A DNA stretch of 64,000 nucleotides from an uncultured delta proteobacterium (GCA_963771175.1 CAVYSY010000038.1:192001-256000); one strand, 5' to 3'. Positions 31,159-42,659 are shown, numbered from the stretch's first letter. Numbers and translations are program-made. The notes: generated by a model from the letters alone, not told the origin.

Positions 31159-34100
31159 AGGAGAAGGTGCTGCCCACTCCCGGCTGGCTCTCCACCTGGA
31201 GGTGCCCGCCGTGGGCCTCGACGATGCCCTTGGCGATGGGCAGCCCCAGCCCCGCGCCCTCCCGCGAGCTCTTGGCCTGCCAGTAACGGTCGAAGAGATA
31301 CGGCAGGTGCTCGGACGCGATGCCCTTGCCCGTGTCGCTGATGGCGAAGCCCACCGCCTCCCCCTCGCGCCGGGCCCTCACGGTGATGCGCCCGCCCTCG
31401 GGCGTGAAGCGCAGCGCGTTGCCGATGAGGTTGGAGAACACCTGCAGCACCCGGCTCCGATCCGCCAGCACCGGCGGCAGCTCCGACTCCTCCTCGCGCT
31501 CCAGCCGCAGCCCGCGTGACTCCGCCAGGGGCCGGTGCAGCTCGATGACCTCGTCCAGCAGCCTCTTCACCGACTCGGGCTTGCGCTCCACCGTCATGCG
31601 CCCCACCTCGAGCTTGGCCACGTCGAGCAGGTCCTGGATGAGGTGGACGGCCCGCTCCGCCGAGCGCCGGATGAGCTCCCCCTGCTTGCGCCAGGACGCC
31701 GCCTCGGGGCCCTCGGGCAGGTGCTTGAGCAGGTAGGTGGCGCCCAGCGAGATGACGTTGAGGGGATTGCGCAGGTCATGCGAGACGACGGCGAGCACCT
31801 CGTCGCGCGCCTGCGTGGCCTGCTGGGACTGCTTGTAGAGCCGGGCGTTGTCGATGGTGAGGGCGGCCCGGCCGGCCAGCCCCTCGGCGAGCGCGAGATC
31901 CGTCGGCCCGTAGCGCCGCCCCGACTCCGCATCCGTGGCGAAGGTGATGGCGCCCAGCGTCCGCCCCCGTGCCACCAGGGGGACGATCATCATCGAGCGC
32001 GGCACCAGCCTGCACAGGGTGGAGTAGTGCGCCTCGTCCTCGGAGGCGGCCCGCAACCAGGCGTCCGTCACCTCGGGGATGAGCTCCGGACTCGCCAGTG
32101 CGCAGCACGCTCTGCACGCCCACCACCGTGTGATGGACGCGCTGCATGCGCCCGAGCTGGTGCAGCAGCGGCTCCCGAGCGGGCTCCCTGTGGGCCATGG
32201 CCACCCGGCGCATGCCGTCGCCCTCCAGCATCCCCACGACGCAGAAGTCCGCCAGACGCGGCACCACGAGCCGGGCGAGGCTCAGCAGCGTGGCCTCGTA
32301 CTCCAACGCGGCCACCAGCACGCGGCTGCTCTCGGAGAGGAACTGCTGGGCCTCCTCGGCGCGTTTGCGATCCGAGATGTCGCGGATGATGGTGGAGAGC
32401 ATCTCCAGCGTCCCCTCCGCGTCGCGGTGCGCCAGCAGCACCTGGGAGACGGGCAGCTCGAGCCCCTCCGGGGTGAGCAGCGCCGTCTCTCCCATCCACA
32501 CGCCCTCGTGCAGCGCGGTGGGCACGCCCTCGGACAACAGGCGCCGGGCGGCCCAGGTCGGCTGGGCCGAGGCGATGTTCCAGTCCTTCGCGTCCTGGTC
32601 CTCGGCGAGCCCCACCATGCGTCGGCCGGCGCGGTTGAGGTAGAGGCCGCGTCCCTGCGCGTCCGTGCTGCCCACGAAGTCCGGGGTGGCCTCGATGATG
32701 GAGGTGAGGCGGCGGCGAGCCTCCTCCGCCCGCTTCCGCGCCGTCACCTCGCGCAAGTAGACGGAAACACCCTCGCTGGAGGGACTCACGTGGCACTCGA
32801 ACCAGGCCTTCAGGGAGTCGATGTACAGCTCGCACTCGGAGGAGCCGTGGCCGGCCAGCACCCGGCGCACCCCTTGCACCAGCACGGACGACTGGTCGCC
32901 CTCGGGCAGCACCTCCTCCAGACGATGGGTCAGGAGCTCTTCCCTGGGGTGCCGCAGCACCTGCACCGCGCGACGGTTGACGAAGGTGAAGCGCTGCTCG
33001 CGGTCCAAGGCGAAGAAGGCATCGGTGATGCTCTGCAGGATGGCCTCGATGCGCGCGTGTGCCGCCTCGACCTCGGAGCGCGCCGCCTCCTCGCGGGCGA
33101 GCCGCAGCGCCGCCTCCTCGGCCCGTTTGCGCTCCGTCACCTCGCGCGACATGCCGACCCAGTGCAACAGCCGTCCCTGCTCGTCCTTCTCGGGCACCAG
33201 GGTGTTCTCCGTCCAGAAGGTGGAGCCGTCCTTGCGATAGATGAGCAGTTCCTCTCGGATGGGCTCCTGCCGCTTCATGGCCTCGCGCATGCGCGCGAGA
33301 GTGGACGGGTCCGTCTCCGGCCCCACCAAAATCAGCGACTCCGACTTCAGCAACTCCTCCTCGCTGTAGCCCGTCATCCGTGAGAAGGCCGCGTTGGAAT
33401 AGACGATGCGCCGGCTGCCGCACCCATTCCGCGGCTCGGGCTCGATGATGACCACGCCGTCGTTGGCGTTCACCACCATGGACTCGAAGAGGCGCAGCCG
33501 CTGCTCGGTGCGTTTGCGCTCGGAGATGTCCCGGAAGTAGACGGAGAGCCCCTCCGCGGAGGGATGGGCATGGAGCTCGAACCAGGCATCCAGCTCGCGG
33601 GCGTACTGCTCGAAGTGGACGGCCCGCTGCTCGGTGAAGGCGGTGCGGAACTCCTGCTCGGCGAGCGAGCCGATGAAGCCCGGGAACACCTCCTGGACGG
33701 TGCGCCCGAGCAGTTCCTCGCGCGAGCCCTGGAGCATCGTCTCGGCCCGGTGGTTGACGTAGGTGAAGCGCCAGGCGCGGTCCAGGGTGGCGAAGCACTC
33801 GGTGATGCTCTCCAGGATGCGGCGCACGCGTCGCTCCGCCTCCTGGGCCTCGGCACGCGCGACCTGCTCGCGGAGGAACTGGCGCTCGTGTTCGAGGGCG
33901 CGCACGCGCTCGGTGATGTCGCGGAAGGTGATGACCGCCCCGATGATGCGCCCCCCCTCCCAGACGGGGCTGCCGCGGTACTCCACCGGAAAGCGGGTGC
34001 CGTCGCGCCGCCAGAACACCTCGTCCGCCCCCGACTGGTGGACCCGACCATCCCGAACGGCGGCGTAGAGCTCACAGCTGGACTCGGGAATGGGCGTGCC

Positions 34101-34715
34101 GTCCGGGTACGAGTGGTGGATGCGCTCATGCAGCGCCCGGCCGATGAGCTCCTCGGACTTCCACCCCAGCATGCGCGCCGCGGCCGGGTTGACGAAGGTG
34201 GTGAGGCCCGTGGTGTCCAGGCCGCAGATGCCCTCGTCGGCGGAGGCGAGGATGAGCTCGCCCAGGTGATGCAGCAGCTCGAGCTCACGCTCCCGCTCCT
34301 CCATGAGCCGCAGGTTGCACGCGAAGCCCACGAGCGCACCGCGCGTATCGCGTAGCGCGGTGAGCACCTGCCTGGACCAGAAGCGGGTGCCGTCGAGCCG
34401 CAGGCGCCAGCCCTCCAGCACGCGATGCCCCTCCACCTCGGCCTCGTGCAGGTCCCTCGCCGCCCGCTCGCGCTCCTCGGGCGGGTAGAGGGAGGAGAGC
34501 GGCGCTCCGAGCAGATCGGCCCTCGCATGCCCGGTGAGCAGCTCCGCGCCGGGGCTCCAGAGGGCGATGCGGCCGTCCACGGTCAGCCCGACGAGCGCAC
34601 ACCCCTCGGCTTGCTCCAATATCCGCAGGGCGAGCGTACCGAGAGGGCCCGCCGCCTCGTCCGGGCGTTGCTCACCCCTGGGCTCCTCGGACTCGCCGGG
34701 AGCGCTGTGAAACAT
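31121..34715 (-). CDS. Multi-PAS/GAF sensor histidine kinase (frameshift near 32085)
   Basis: About 6 PAS domains ending RDI(S/T)ERK, GAF, SHDLRNP, NLIGNA, DTGKG, GLGL. Confidence 0.9.
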
Positions 34716-35081
34716 CGAGGGCAAACCGTGGGGCCCTCCTCTCGGGAAACCCGTCTGGTCCCAGCCCGACCCCGGACGCGAGGTTCCAGGGTTTGTATCT
34801 GGATGCCTGGGCGCCCGATGCAAGGGGAGCCCCACCGGCTGGCACCCGCTCGCGCGGGGGGGCGGGGGCCTTGGGAGCGGGCGGTGGCGCGGGCCTGGGC
34901 CTGGGGGCGGCTGGAGCTGGAGCTGCGCCCCGCGACGGAGAAGTTCCAGGAGCGCTTCGGCGTGAGGAGCGCCGACTCATCGGGCGGAGACGGAGCGGAG
35001 AACCAGTCGGCAAGTGCCTCGATGAAGTCGGGGGCCGGAGAATCCACCGGCGGCGAGGAGAGGACCCGCCCAAGCGACGGT

Positions 35082-35894
35082 CTACCAGTCCAGGGCCTCC
35101 GGGGCCCTGCGGAACAGGTCTCGAAGCTCGGGGTGCTGCCGATGCTGCCTCTGCATCTCCTTCCACACCGTGGGATGTGCCGCCCGCTGGATGGACTGGG
35201 TGCGTCGAGCCAGCGCGGACGGAGCAGCCCCCTGTTCGCGCAGCGAGACGTACTCGGAGAGGCGAGCGCGATACCCCGTGAAGGCTTCGGCGCGCGCCAC
35301 CAGGAGAAGCTCGCGAGCATTGAGCCGCAGGATGTCCAGGGTGTACTCGGCCCGTGCGTGGTCCTTCGAGCCCTTCGACGCGATGGGGATGAAGAAGAAG
35401 GTCTCCCGCAGGTCGAGCATCAAGAAGGCCATCGGATCCTCGTGGCGCGGATCGATGAGAGCAGGAGTGCCCTGACGCGGCGGCTCGAGGGGCGCTCCGG
35501 GGCGCCGCCTGACCTCGATGGGCTTGCGCGCTCCGCGAGGGAAGACCGCGAAGCGGTTGTTCTTGGGCCTGTTGCAATGGCCGCAAGCATAGAGGTAGTT
35601 GTGCCAGGCGAAGACCAGCTCCGGGTAGAGGTCCTTGGGCCTGATGTGCTCGACCTCATCGGCCGCCGAGTCCTCGCAATAACCGCAACGCCGGGCACCC
35701 GCGCACATCGCCGCCAGCGTGCGGCGAACGGCTCGAAGAAGGTCTCGTTCCTGGCGGTGTTGCGCTGGAGAAAGTGTTGCTTCGCGGCCTCGACACGTTC
35801 GGCATGGCTCGGCGAGCGCGTTCACCTCCGCCTGCCAGCGCTCGAGCTGATGTGCCGCGCGTGGTGGGCAGCGGGACGTCGGCAGCCGGATCAC
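35082..35894 (-). CDS. HNH endonuclease (Septu PtuB-like)
   Basis: CGYCE...VEHIRPK..YPEL.F.W.NYLYACGHCNRPK; N-terminus appears to have compensating indels. Confidence 0.85.
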   Translation of the reverse strand: MIRLPTSRCPPRAAHQLERWQAEVNALAEPCRTCRGREATLSPAQHRQERDLLRAVRRTLAAMCAGARRCGYCEDSAADEVEHIRPKDLYPELVFAWHNYLYACGHCNRPKNNRFAVFPRGARKPIEVRRRPGAPLEPPRQGTPALIDPRHEDPMAFLMLDLRETFFFIPIASKGSKDHARAEYTLDILRLNARELLLVARAEAFTGYRARLSEYVSLREQGAAPSALARRTQSIQRAAHPTVWKEMQRQHRQHPELRDLFRRAPEALDW

Positions 35895-35903
35895 TTCAGG
35901 CTC

Positions 35904-37231
35904 TCACGACTCCGAGTCATGGACCGTCATCGCGGCAGTGGGCAGACTCGCGCGCAGAACCTGCAGCTCCTTGCGCTCGGAGGCACTCAAGCCCCTGCGT
36001 AGCTCCTTCAGGTTCAGCTCGGCCAGGCGGCTGCAAGCCGGCGCTTCGACGTGCTCCGAGCGAGCCACGTCCTCGCCAAACAGCTCCGTGCCATAGGCTT
36101 CGAGCACGTTGCCGAAGATGAGCCGGTCGAAGCTCCACACCGGTCACCTGCCGGGCCTCCTCGTCCGAGCCGGGCCGGGGAGCCGCCACACCGTGCCCGA
36201 CTTCCGCCGCCTGACAGACCAGGGGGCTGTGGGTGGTGACGATGAATTGCAGCTTGGGGAAGTGCTCGCGGAACCAGAGGCCCACCTTGCGCTGCCAGGT
36301 CGGGTGCAGGTGCGCATCCACCTCGTCGATGAGGACCACGCCCGGCACGTCCACCTTGGTCGGCTCCTTCGGATGGAAGACGCGCTTCGGACCGTAGGTG
36401 GCCGCGAGCTGGCGGATGAGTTCGAAGGTCATGCTGAGGATGGAGCGATAGCCATCGCTGAGATCCTCCACGGGGACGCGATAGCCATTGCCATCAACGA
36501 AGAGCACCTCGCGAGAGCTGATCTTCTCCAGGCGTGCATGGTGCGGCAGGAACCCAGGCTGGTTGATGAACTCCTTCAGCGAGTCGAGCAGGTCACTCTC
36601 GGGATCTCCCTCGAGCTTCTTGAACTGAAGCTGCTGGAGCCACCGGAGGCTCTCGGTGAGCGCGACGCTCTCGTTGAACACGGAGAGGTGCCGGGCGAGC
36701 CGTCGGGTTGGTCGCGAAGAGCTCTTCGTACTCCGTCGTCGCCACCCGTGAACCGGCGGAAGGGGCCATAAGAAGCCGAGAACCAGCCCGTCGCCTCTGC
36801 TGCCAACACATACGCTGCCCGACGGAAGGATCGAGTCCTGGAGCTGGACTCAGCCCTGAGAATCGCCCCGCTCGGGCTCAATCCTCCCGAAGAGTCCAGG
36901 TACCATCAGAGGCCGCCCCAACTTCACGGGGAAGCGTCCGCGGCTCCCTTGCCTTCAGAGCTTGTCGAGCTTCGCGAATCCGGCACAAGCACCAGATGGA
37001 TCATGGCCTTGCTGCTCGTGCCACGTCGCCACCGAGCCCACTCGCGCGGCAGGGCCTCGGCGCTCATCAGGCCCCACGAAGCGCCAGCGCGAGAGAGCGC
37101 AGGACCGTGGACTTCCCAGAGCCGTTGTCCCCCAGGATGACGTGCCAGCCTGGAGCACGCTCGGCAGGAACCTCCCACTCCAGCTTCCGGATGGCTCGGA
37201 TGTTCTCGATGACGAATCGTGTCAGGTACAT
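35904..37231 (-). CDS. ABC/AAA-family ATPase (Septu PtuA-like), multiple frameshifts
   Basis: MYLTRFVIENIRAI...LGDNGSGKST (Walker A), LSDGYRS (signature), VLIDEVDAHLHP.WQ (Walker B/D-loop), QFIVTTHSP (H-loop). Confidence 0.85.
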
Positions 37232-37289
37232 GGCTCGGGCGCCACCGTAATCCCATCCACGTGCAGGACCAACGACTCCGACCCCGGCC

Positions 37290-37470
37290 TCACTTCCCGC
37301 GCCGCGGCGCGAAGAGCCAGGTACTCACGGCCTCGTCGAGGTACACGGTGTCGAAGATGTCGTGACCCAGGCCGGACGAGCTCGGTGTAGCGCACGGTGC
37401 TGCTGGCCCGCGCGCTTCAACTCCGCCACCAGGGCTCGGGGTGCAGCCGGGCCGCCTCCGCCAGGCTCAT
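37290..37470 (-). pseudogene. C-terminal remnant of an alpha/beta-hydrolase (esterase/peptidase)
   Basis: Across frames: LVAELKRAG..VRYTEL.GLGHDIFDTVYLDEAVSTWLFA; no N-terminal domain recognisable upstream. Confidence 0.55.
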
Positions 37471-37638
37471 GGACCCCCTCGCGTTCCGCCGCACAGGTTC
37501 TGTCGCGGAGTCAGACCGAGTCCCCAGGGTACCGCTCTCCCAGAGGAGGCGGGACGCACCCATCGAGTACCAGCCGGCCAAGGGTTGCGTTTCCGTCACC
37601 CGCTGCTTGCATCTGACCGAACAGGTGGGAAACTAGGG

Positions 37639-37851
37639 CTGCGCGCGTCCTCGGGGTTCGACCTTGGAGGGGTTTTGCACCCCGAGGACGCGCGCAGTCA
37701 CCAATCAGCCCGATTCCGCGGCATTTACCTTGGAGGGGTTCCTCCGCAGGAGCCGGGCTGCATGGGTGGAACAGGTGACATCCACCCGAAATTCGTGTTC
37801 GCGCGCCTGATAGGAGAAAATCAGGCAAAACGCCAGCCCCGCACGCGCGAA
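37639..37851. ncRNA. Candidate structured non-coding element (multi-hairpin, repeated loop motif)
   Basis: Perfect 19-bp inverted repeat 37639-37657/37679-37697; second stem 37706-37760; both loops contain ACCTTGGAGGGGTT; further stems 37764-37787 and 37805-37826. Confidence 0.4.
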
Positions 37852-37932
37852 GCCATCAGCGTCGTAGAGGGCTTGCCATCAGTTCGCCTGATTCTGTCTG
37901 GGTAGCGCTATCAGCCTACATCATGGAAGCCT

Positions 37933-37962
37933 GTGTGCCCACCAGATTGTAGGTGGGCACAC
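37933..37962 (-). terminator. Hairpin downstream of the GlsB/YeaQ-family gene
   Basis: gtgtgcccacc / ggtgggcacac perfect 11-bp stem, about 10 nt after the stop. Confidence 0.55.
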
Positions 37963-37971
37963 CTGGGCACC

Positions 37972-38226
37972 TCAACGCCGGCTCGACATCATCCGGCCCA
38001 GGGCCAGCAGCACGATGGCGCCGACGATGGCGCCGATGAAGCCGCTGGGATTCAACAGGCGCCAGTTCCCGCCCCGGAGCACCGAGGCGAGGAAGCCGCC
38101 CATGAAGGACCCGGCGATGCCGAGCAGCGTGGTCGAGATGAGGCCCATGCCCTGACGGCCGGGCATCACGGCGCGGGCAATCAGCCCCGCTATGAAACCA
38201 GAGATGATCCACATACACAGGCCCAT
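37972..38226 (-). CDS. GlsB/YeaQ/YmgE (transglycosylase-associated) membrane protein
   Basis: WII.G.IAGLIARAVMPG...LLGIAGSFMGG...AIVGAIVLL; GGAGG RBS. Confidence 0.9.
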   Translation of the reverse strand: MGLCMWIISGFIAGLIARAVMPGRQGMGLISTTLLGIAGSFMGGFLASVLRGGNWRLLNPSGFIGAIVGAIVLLALGRMMSSRR

Positions 38227-38421
38227 CGAGCCCTCCGTGCTACCGCTGCTGGGGTGAGCCCCCAGTGTGCATGAAGTACGTCCCTGGACGAACTCCATTG
38301 CGAGAACGGCTCGGGGGGACGAGCGCTGTGAACGCGTTCACACCTTTGGCGTGAACCGGTTCGTACTCCCAGCCTGGGAGACATGGTCGGCTCGGGTCCA
38401 GAAATTCCCGAGAACGCAGCC

Positions 38422-38781
38422 ATGTCCGAACCCCTCATTGGAGAGATCCGCATGTTCGCCGGCGCCTTCGCCCCCCGCGGGTGGGCGCCCTGCGATGGCC
38501 GGCTCCTGTCCATCTCGCAGAACTCCGCGCTCTTCTCCGTCCTGGGCACCGCCTACGGTGGCGATGGCATGACCACCTTCGCCCTACCGGATCTGCGGGG
38601 CCGCGTGCCGCTCCACCCGGGGGTGGGTCCGGGCCTGACGCTCCGAGGCTCGCCGCACACCGCCTCGGACCTGCCGGCCGCCAGCGACACCACCGATCGC
38701 CGGCCGCTCGATGACCTGCGGCCATACACGCAGGTGAACTTCATCATCGCGCTCGACGGGTCCTTCCCCGCCCGGGGCTAG
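38422..38781 (+). CDS. Phage tail-collar / microcystin-dependent-protein-like protein (short)
   Basis: IGEIRMFAG.FAPRGW..CDG.LLSISQNSALFS.LGT.YGGDG.TTFALPDLRGR; VNFIIAL.G.FP. Confidence 0.88.
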   Translation: MSEPLIGEIRMFAGAFAPRGWAPCDGRLLSISQNSALFSVLGTAYGGDGMTTFALPDLRGRVPLHPGVGPGLTLRGSPHTASDLPAASDTTDRRPLDDLRPYTQVNFIIALDGSFPARG

Positions 38782-40122
38782 GACTGGCCCGCGGCCACCT
38801 CGCGCAGGCTGGCCTCCACTCCGGCGAGCAGCTCGTCCAGCGCGGCGTCCGGGATGTTGAGCGCGGGGGCCACGTACACCGTGTCCCCCAGCGGGCGCAG
38901 GTACAGCGCCGCGCCGCCGCGCCGCCTCGTACACGCGCCAGCCGCCGTGCGCCAGGTAGCCGCCGCCTCCCAGGTCCACCGCGCCCACCATGCCGAGGGC
39001 CCGCGGCCGCGTCAGCCCCGGGATCGTCCCGGCCATGCCGCTCGAAGGCGGCCTCAGATTCGCGGGCCTTGCGCGCCACCTGTCCCAGCACGTCCTCGTC
39101 CCGGTACACCGCGAGCACCTCGCGCGCCACCGCCGCGCCCAGCGGGTTCCCGCAGTACGAGTGCCCGTAGTACAGCGCCCGCTGCCTCGCCTCCGCGGAA
39201 GCCCGAGAACACCCGCTCGGTGGCCAGCGTCGCGGCGAAGGGCAACATGCCCTCCGGACAGCGCCTTCGCCAGGCACAGCAGGTCCGGCACCACCCCCGC
39301 CAGGTCGCACGCGAAGCGCGCCCCCGTGCGCCCCATGCCCGTGAAGACCTCGTCCGCGATGAGGAAGGTGTCCACCGCCCGCGTGGCCTCGCGCACCGCG
39401 CGCACGAACTCGGGCGGGTACATCTGCATGCCCGCCGCGCCCTGGATGCACGGGCTCGAGGATGACGGCGGCGATCTCGTCCGGGTGCTGCGCGCAGCGT
39501 GGCCTCCACCTGTGCGAAGGCGCGCTCCCAGCCCCCGTCCTCCGCCGGCGAGGGCACGTGCACCACGTCGAAGAGCAGCGGCCCGAAGATGTCGCGGAAC
39601 AGCGCCACCCCGCCCACGCTGGTGGCCCCGATGGTCTCGCCGTGGAAGGCGCCCGAGAGCGTGATGAAGCGCGTGCGCCTGGGGCGGCCGTTCTGCGCCC
39701 AGTACTGCGCGGCCATCTTGATGGCCACCTCCACCGCCGTGCTCCCGTTGTCCGAGTAGAAGACGCGCGAGAGGCGCTCGCCCGGCCGGGAGGTCCGTGC
39801 GCTCGGCGCCCGGTGCCAGCGGGACGAGCTCCTGCGCGAGCCGCGCCGCCGGCTCGTGCGTCACGCCCGCGAGCGAGACGTGCGGGAAGGCGCCGGCCTG
39901 CTCGGTGAGCGCGCGCACCAGCCGCGGGTGCCGGTGCCCCAGCGTGGACACCCACCACGAGCCGTTGGCGTCCAGGTAGCGCGTGCCGTCCGCGTCGTAG
40001 AGGTACGGCCCCTCGGCGCGCACCACCACCAGCGGGTCCGTCTTCGCGATGTACTCGTCCATCGCGGTGTACGGGTGCCACACGTACCGCTTGTCCAACG
40101 CGACGATGTCCGCGCGCTCCAT
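38778..40122 (-). CDS. bioA: Adenosylmethionine-8-amino-7-oxononanoate aminotransferase (multiple frameshifts)
   Basis: VWHPYT, DANGSWWV..LGH, EVAIKMA.QYW, FHGET.GA, IADEVFTG.GRTG, LAKALSGG, GHSYCGNPL. Confidence 0.9.
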
Positions 40123-40273
40123 GGTCGTTGCTCCTCCCGATGCGCGGCCCTCCCTACCACGCTCTGCCCGAGCCCCAACACTCGTGCGTGGACGAGACTC
40201 TCCGGGCTGGCGTGTCCCGCCTCGGGAACGCTAGAGAGACGGCTCCTCGCGTCGAGACAGCTTCCTCTCTGAC

Positions 40274-40687
40274 ATGGGCAAGAGCTTGAACCGAAAGCAC
40301 CCCTCCCTCCCGCTGGCGCGCACCGCGCTCCTGACGATGCCCCTGGCCCTCTTCGCCTGCTCGGACAAGTCCGAGCAGAAGGAGCCTGCCTCGCCCTCCT
40401 CCGCCACCGCGCAAGGCAGCCCGCCACAGGCCAAAGCCGCGCGGCCCCCGGAGCAGCTCTACTCCGACCTCGGGTGCAAGACCTGCCATGGGCCGGGCAG
40501 CGCCTACGCCGCCTCGCTCGCCAACGCTCGCGGCAAATCGGCGGAAGTGGTCGCCATGTGGATCCTCGCTCCCCAGAAGATCCGTCCCGGGACGATGATG
40601 CCTGCCTACGCCGGCCGCATCTCCACGGCGGAAGCGCTCGCGCTCGCCAACTGGCTCAAGGCGGGCAACCCGGCTCCCTCCGAGTAG
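40274..40687 (+). CDS. Monoheme cytochrome c lipoprotein
   Basis: Lipobox LFA-C, CKTCH, PGTMMP axial Met. Confidence 0.88.
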   Translation: MGKSLNRKHPSLPLARTALLTMPLALFACSDKSEQKEPASPSSATAQGSPPQAKAARPPEQLYSDLGCKTCHGPGSAYAASLANARGKSAEVVAMWILAPQKIRPGTMMPAYAGRISTAEALALANWLKAGNPAPSE

Positions 40688-40718
40688 GGCTTGGGCGGCT
40701 TCGTGCGGGGCCGTGCTC

Positions 40719-40958
40719 ATGCGGAGCCTCTTCCTGCACCGCTACGCCGCGCACCGCATGTACACCATGGGTCCGCGCACCGAGCGCGCCCTGCACCTGC
40801 TCACCTACCTGCTCCAGGGCTCCTCGTACCTGTCGCCGCGCGCGTACGCCATCCTCCACCGCCAGCACCACGCATACTCGGACACGGAGAAGGATCCGCA
40901 CTCGCCCCACTACTACCGGGACGAGCCCACCCACGTGGTGGAGGCCCAGACGGCCTAG
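40719..40958 (+). pseudogene. Internal fragment of a membrane acyl-CoA (delta-9) fatty-acid desaturase
   Basis: His boxes FLHRYAAH and [15 protein letters not shown] present; first TM and third His box absent. Confidence 0.7.
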
Positions 40959-41051
40959 CAACACCGGGGTGGGCGGCGGGATGATGAATAAGGAGGCGCC
41001 CCCTTCCGTCCGGGGGAGCCGCCTCCCGTTCTCTCCAGCGACCTCCCGCCC

Positions 41052-42659
41052 ATGCGTTTCCAGCTCCCGGTTTCTCGACTCTCCCCGCTGCTCGCACTCC
41101 TGGCGTTGAGCGGCTGCAACACCGCGTACCGGGAGGCCATGGCCCTCGCGCGAGACGCGGCGATCCGCGGTGACTTCCTGACCGCGGCCCGCGCCTATCG
41201 GGATGCCTGCACCGCCAAGCCCGAGGACGAGCTGGCCTGCACCCGCGTCCCCCTCTTCGCGGAGAAGGCCACGGCCCAGGCCATCGAGAGCGCCGCCCTT
41301 CCTGCGAGGCGGGTGACCTCGACCGGTGCATTCCTCCCCTCCTCGATGCCTGGGACCTCATCCCCAACCACCCCGAGCTCTCCGCGATGCTCGAGAAGGC
41401 CAGCCAGCTCCACATGGAGCGCTGCGCCCGATGGAGCCTGGACGGCCCGCTGAACGTGGCGGTCACCGGGCTCACGTGTCTCCAGTCGCGCGGCCGTCAG
41501 TTCCCCGTCCCGAGCTACCAGACACGCCTCGCCGAGAGCGCGAGCCGGGTCGCCTCGCGCTTCGTGGACCTCGCCCTCATCGCCCAGGGACAGAACCACG
41601 CGGGCGCCGCTACCGTGATGTGGTCCACGGCGCAGTGCCTCGCGCCCGGTGAGAACCTGGCCCCGCGCGTCGAGCGGACCCGCCAAGAGCTTCCTCGCCC
41701 AGAGCGCCATCCGCTGTCTCCATCCCGGGCCCGACGGCTCGATGTCGCCCCCGGTCGCTTCCGCGCTCTCGGGCGTGTGCGCGTACCTGGCCTCGGGACT
41801 GCCGCCCTGGGCGCGGTGCGCGAGTCCCGAATCGCTGCCCGGCGAGCCCGAGCCGCTCCAGCTCCAGGTGGACGCGGTCATCCAGATGCCCGCGAAGACC
41901 CGCACCGAGCACAAGAAAACCGTGCGCTATGTCAGCGGCAGGGAGGAGGCCGCGGAATCCCGACTACGACACCGCCGAGGAGAACTTCTCGCTCGCCGAG
42001 AGCGAGCTGCGGAGTGCCCGGGAGAAGGAGAAGGAGAAGGACGCCGAGTGCGAGAAAGGCCCAGGAAAAGCACGAGGCCACCTGCGTCACCTGCCCCACG
42101 CCCAAGTCCCCGTGCGAGGAGGCCCGGGAGGCCGCCACGGACGAGAGCGATGCCCGGAACGCGCGCGATCTGGCGAGCAAGACGCTGAACAACACCCCCG
42201 CCACGGTGCTCGTGGACGTCTACGACGACTTCACGTAGTCGGTGTGGACGCACCGTTGGACGTCGGGCTTCCGCTTCACGCTCCAGGCGAGCACGCCCTC
42301 CTCCACTCCCGACCAGAAGGTGGGCGGAGATGCGCTTCGAGGACGGGGAGCACGTGGGCTTCGGGCCCGCGGGGCTCGTGGCGGATCCACTGGTGGTGCC
42401 TCCTCCGCAGGCGTACGCGGACATCCTCCTCCAGCAACTCGCGCCCCATGTGTTCGCGGCGGTGAAGCGGGACGCCGAGGCCCGAGGGGCCGTGCGCGGA
42501 GCCCAGTGCGGCGCGCTCCCAGCGGACGGGAACGTCTCCTGGGTGCAGTGCTGGGCCGAGGCCGCGCTCTGGAAGAACGGGCAGGAGCCCCAGCCCACCG
42601 AGCTCCTCCAACTCCTCGCCACCAGCGTCGACGCGCCCGCACAACCCCTGTGCCGCTGA
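41052..42659 (+). CDS. Cys-rich hypothetical lipoprotein, broken by several indels and one in-frame TAG (42236)
   Basis: Lipobox LSG-C; codon-biased segments continue through ORFs 41387, 41649, 41929 and 42330. Confidence 0.55.

Noticed and set aside
34800..35080. G-rich stretch between kinase and HNH genes as gene or G-quadruplex
   Set aside because: No convincing start or motif; G-runs are unremarkable at this GC content
35082..37900. Complete retron (type I-A) call
   Set aside because: No reverse transcriptase in the window and no clear a1/a2 msr-msd layout
38422..38781. Prophage or tailocin region
   Set aside because: Single tail-collar gene with no other structural, integrase or lysis genes
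28194..40122. Programmed frameshifting in exonuclease, bioA, kinase or ATPase genes
   Set aside because: Several shifts per gene, no slippery sequences noted, families not known to be recoded
42236..42238. In-frame TAG as pyrrolysine/readthrough codon
   Set aside because: Lies in an indel-rich gene; a TAC-to-TAG error or mutation is simpler; no pyl genes seen
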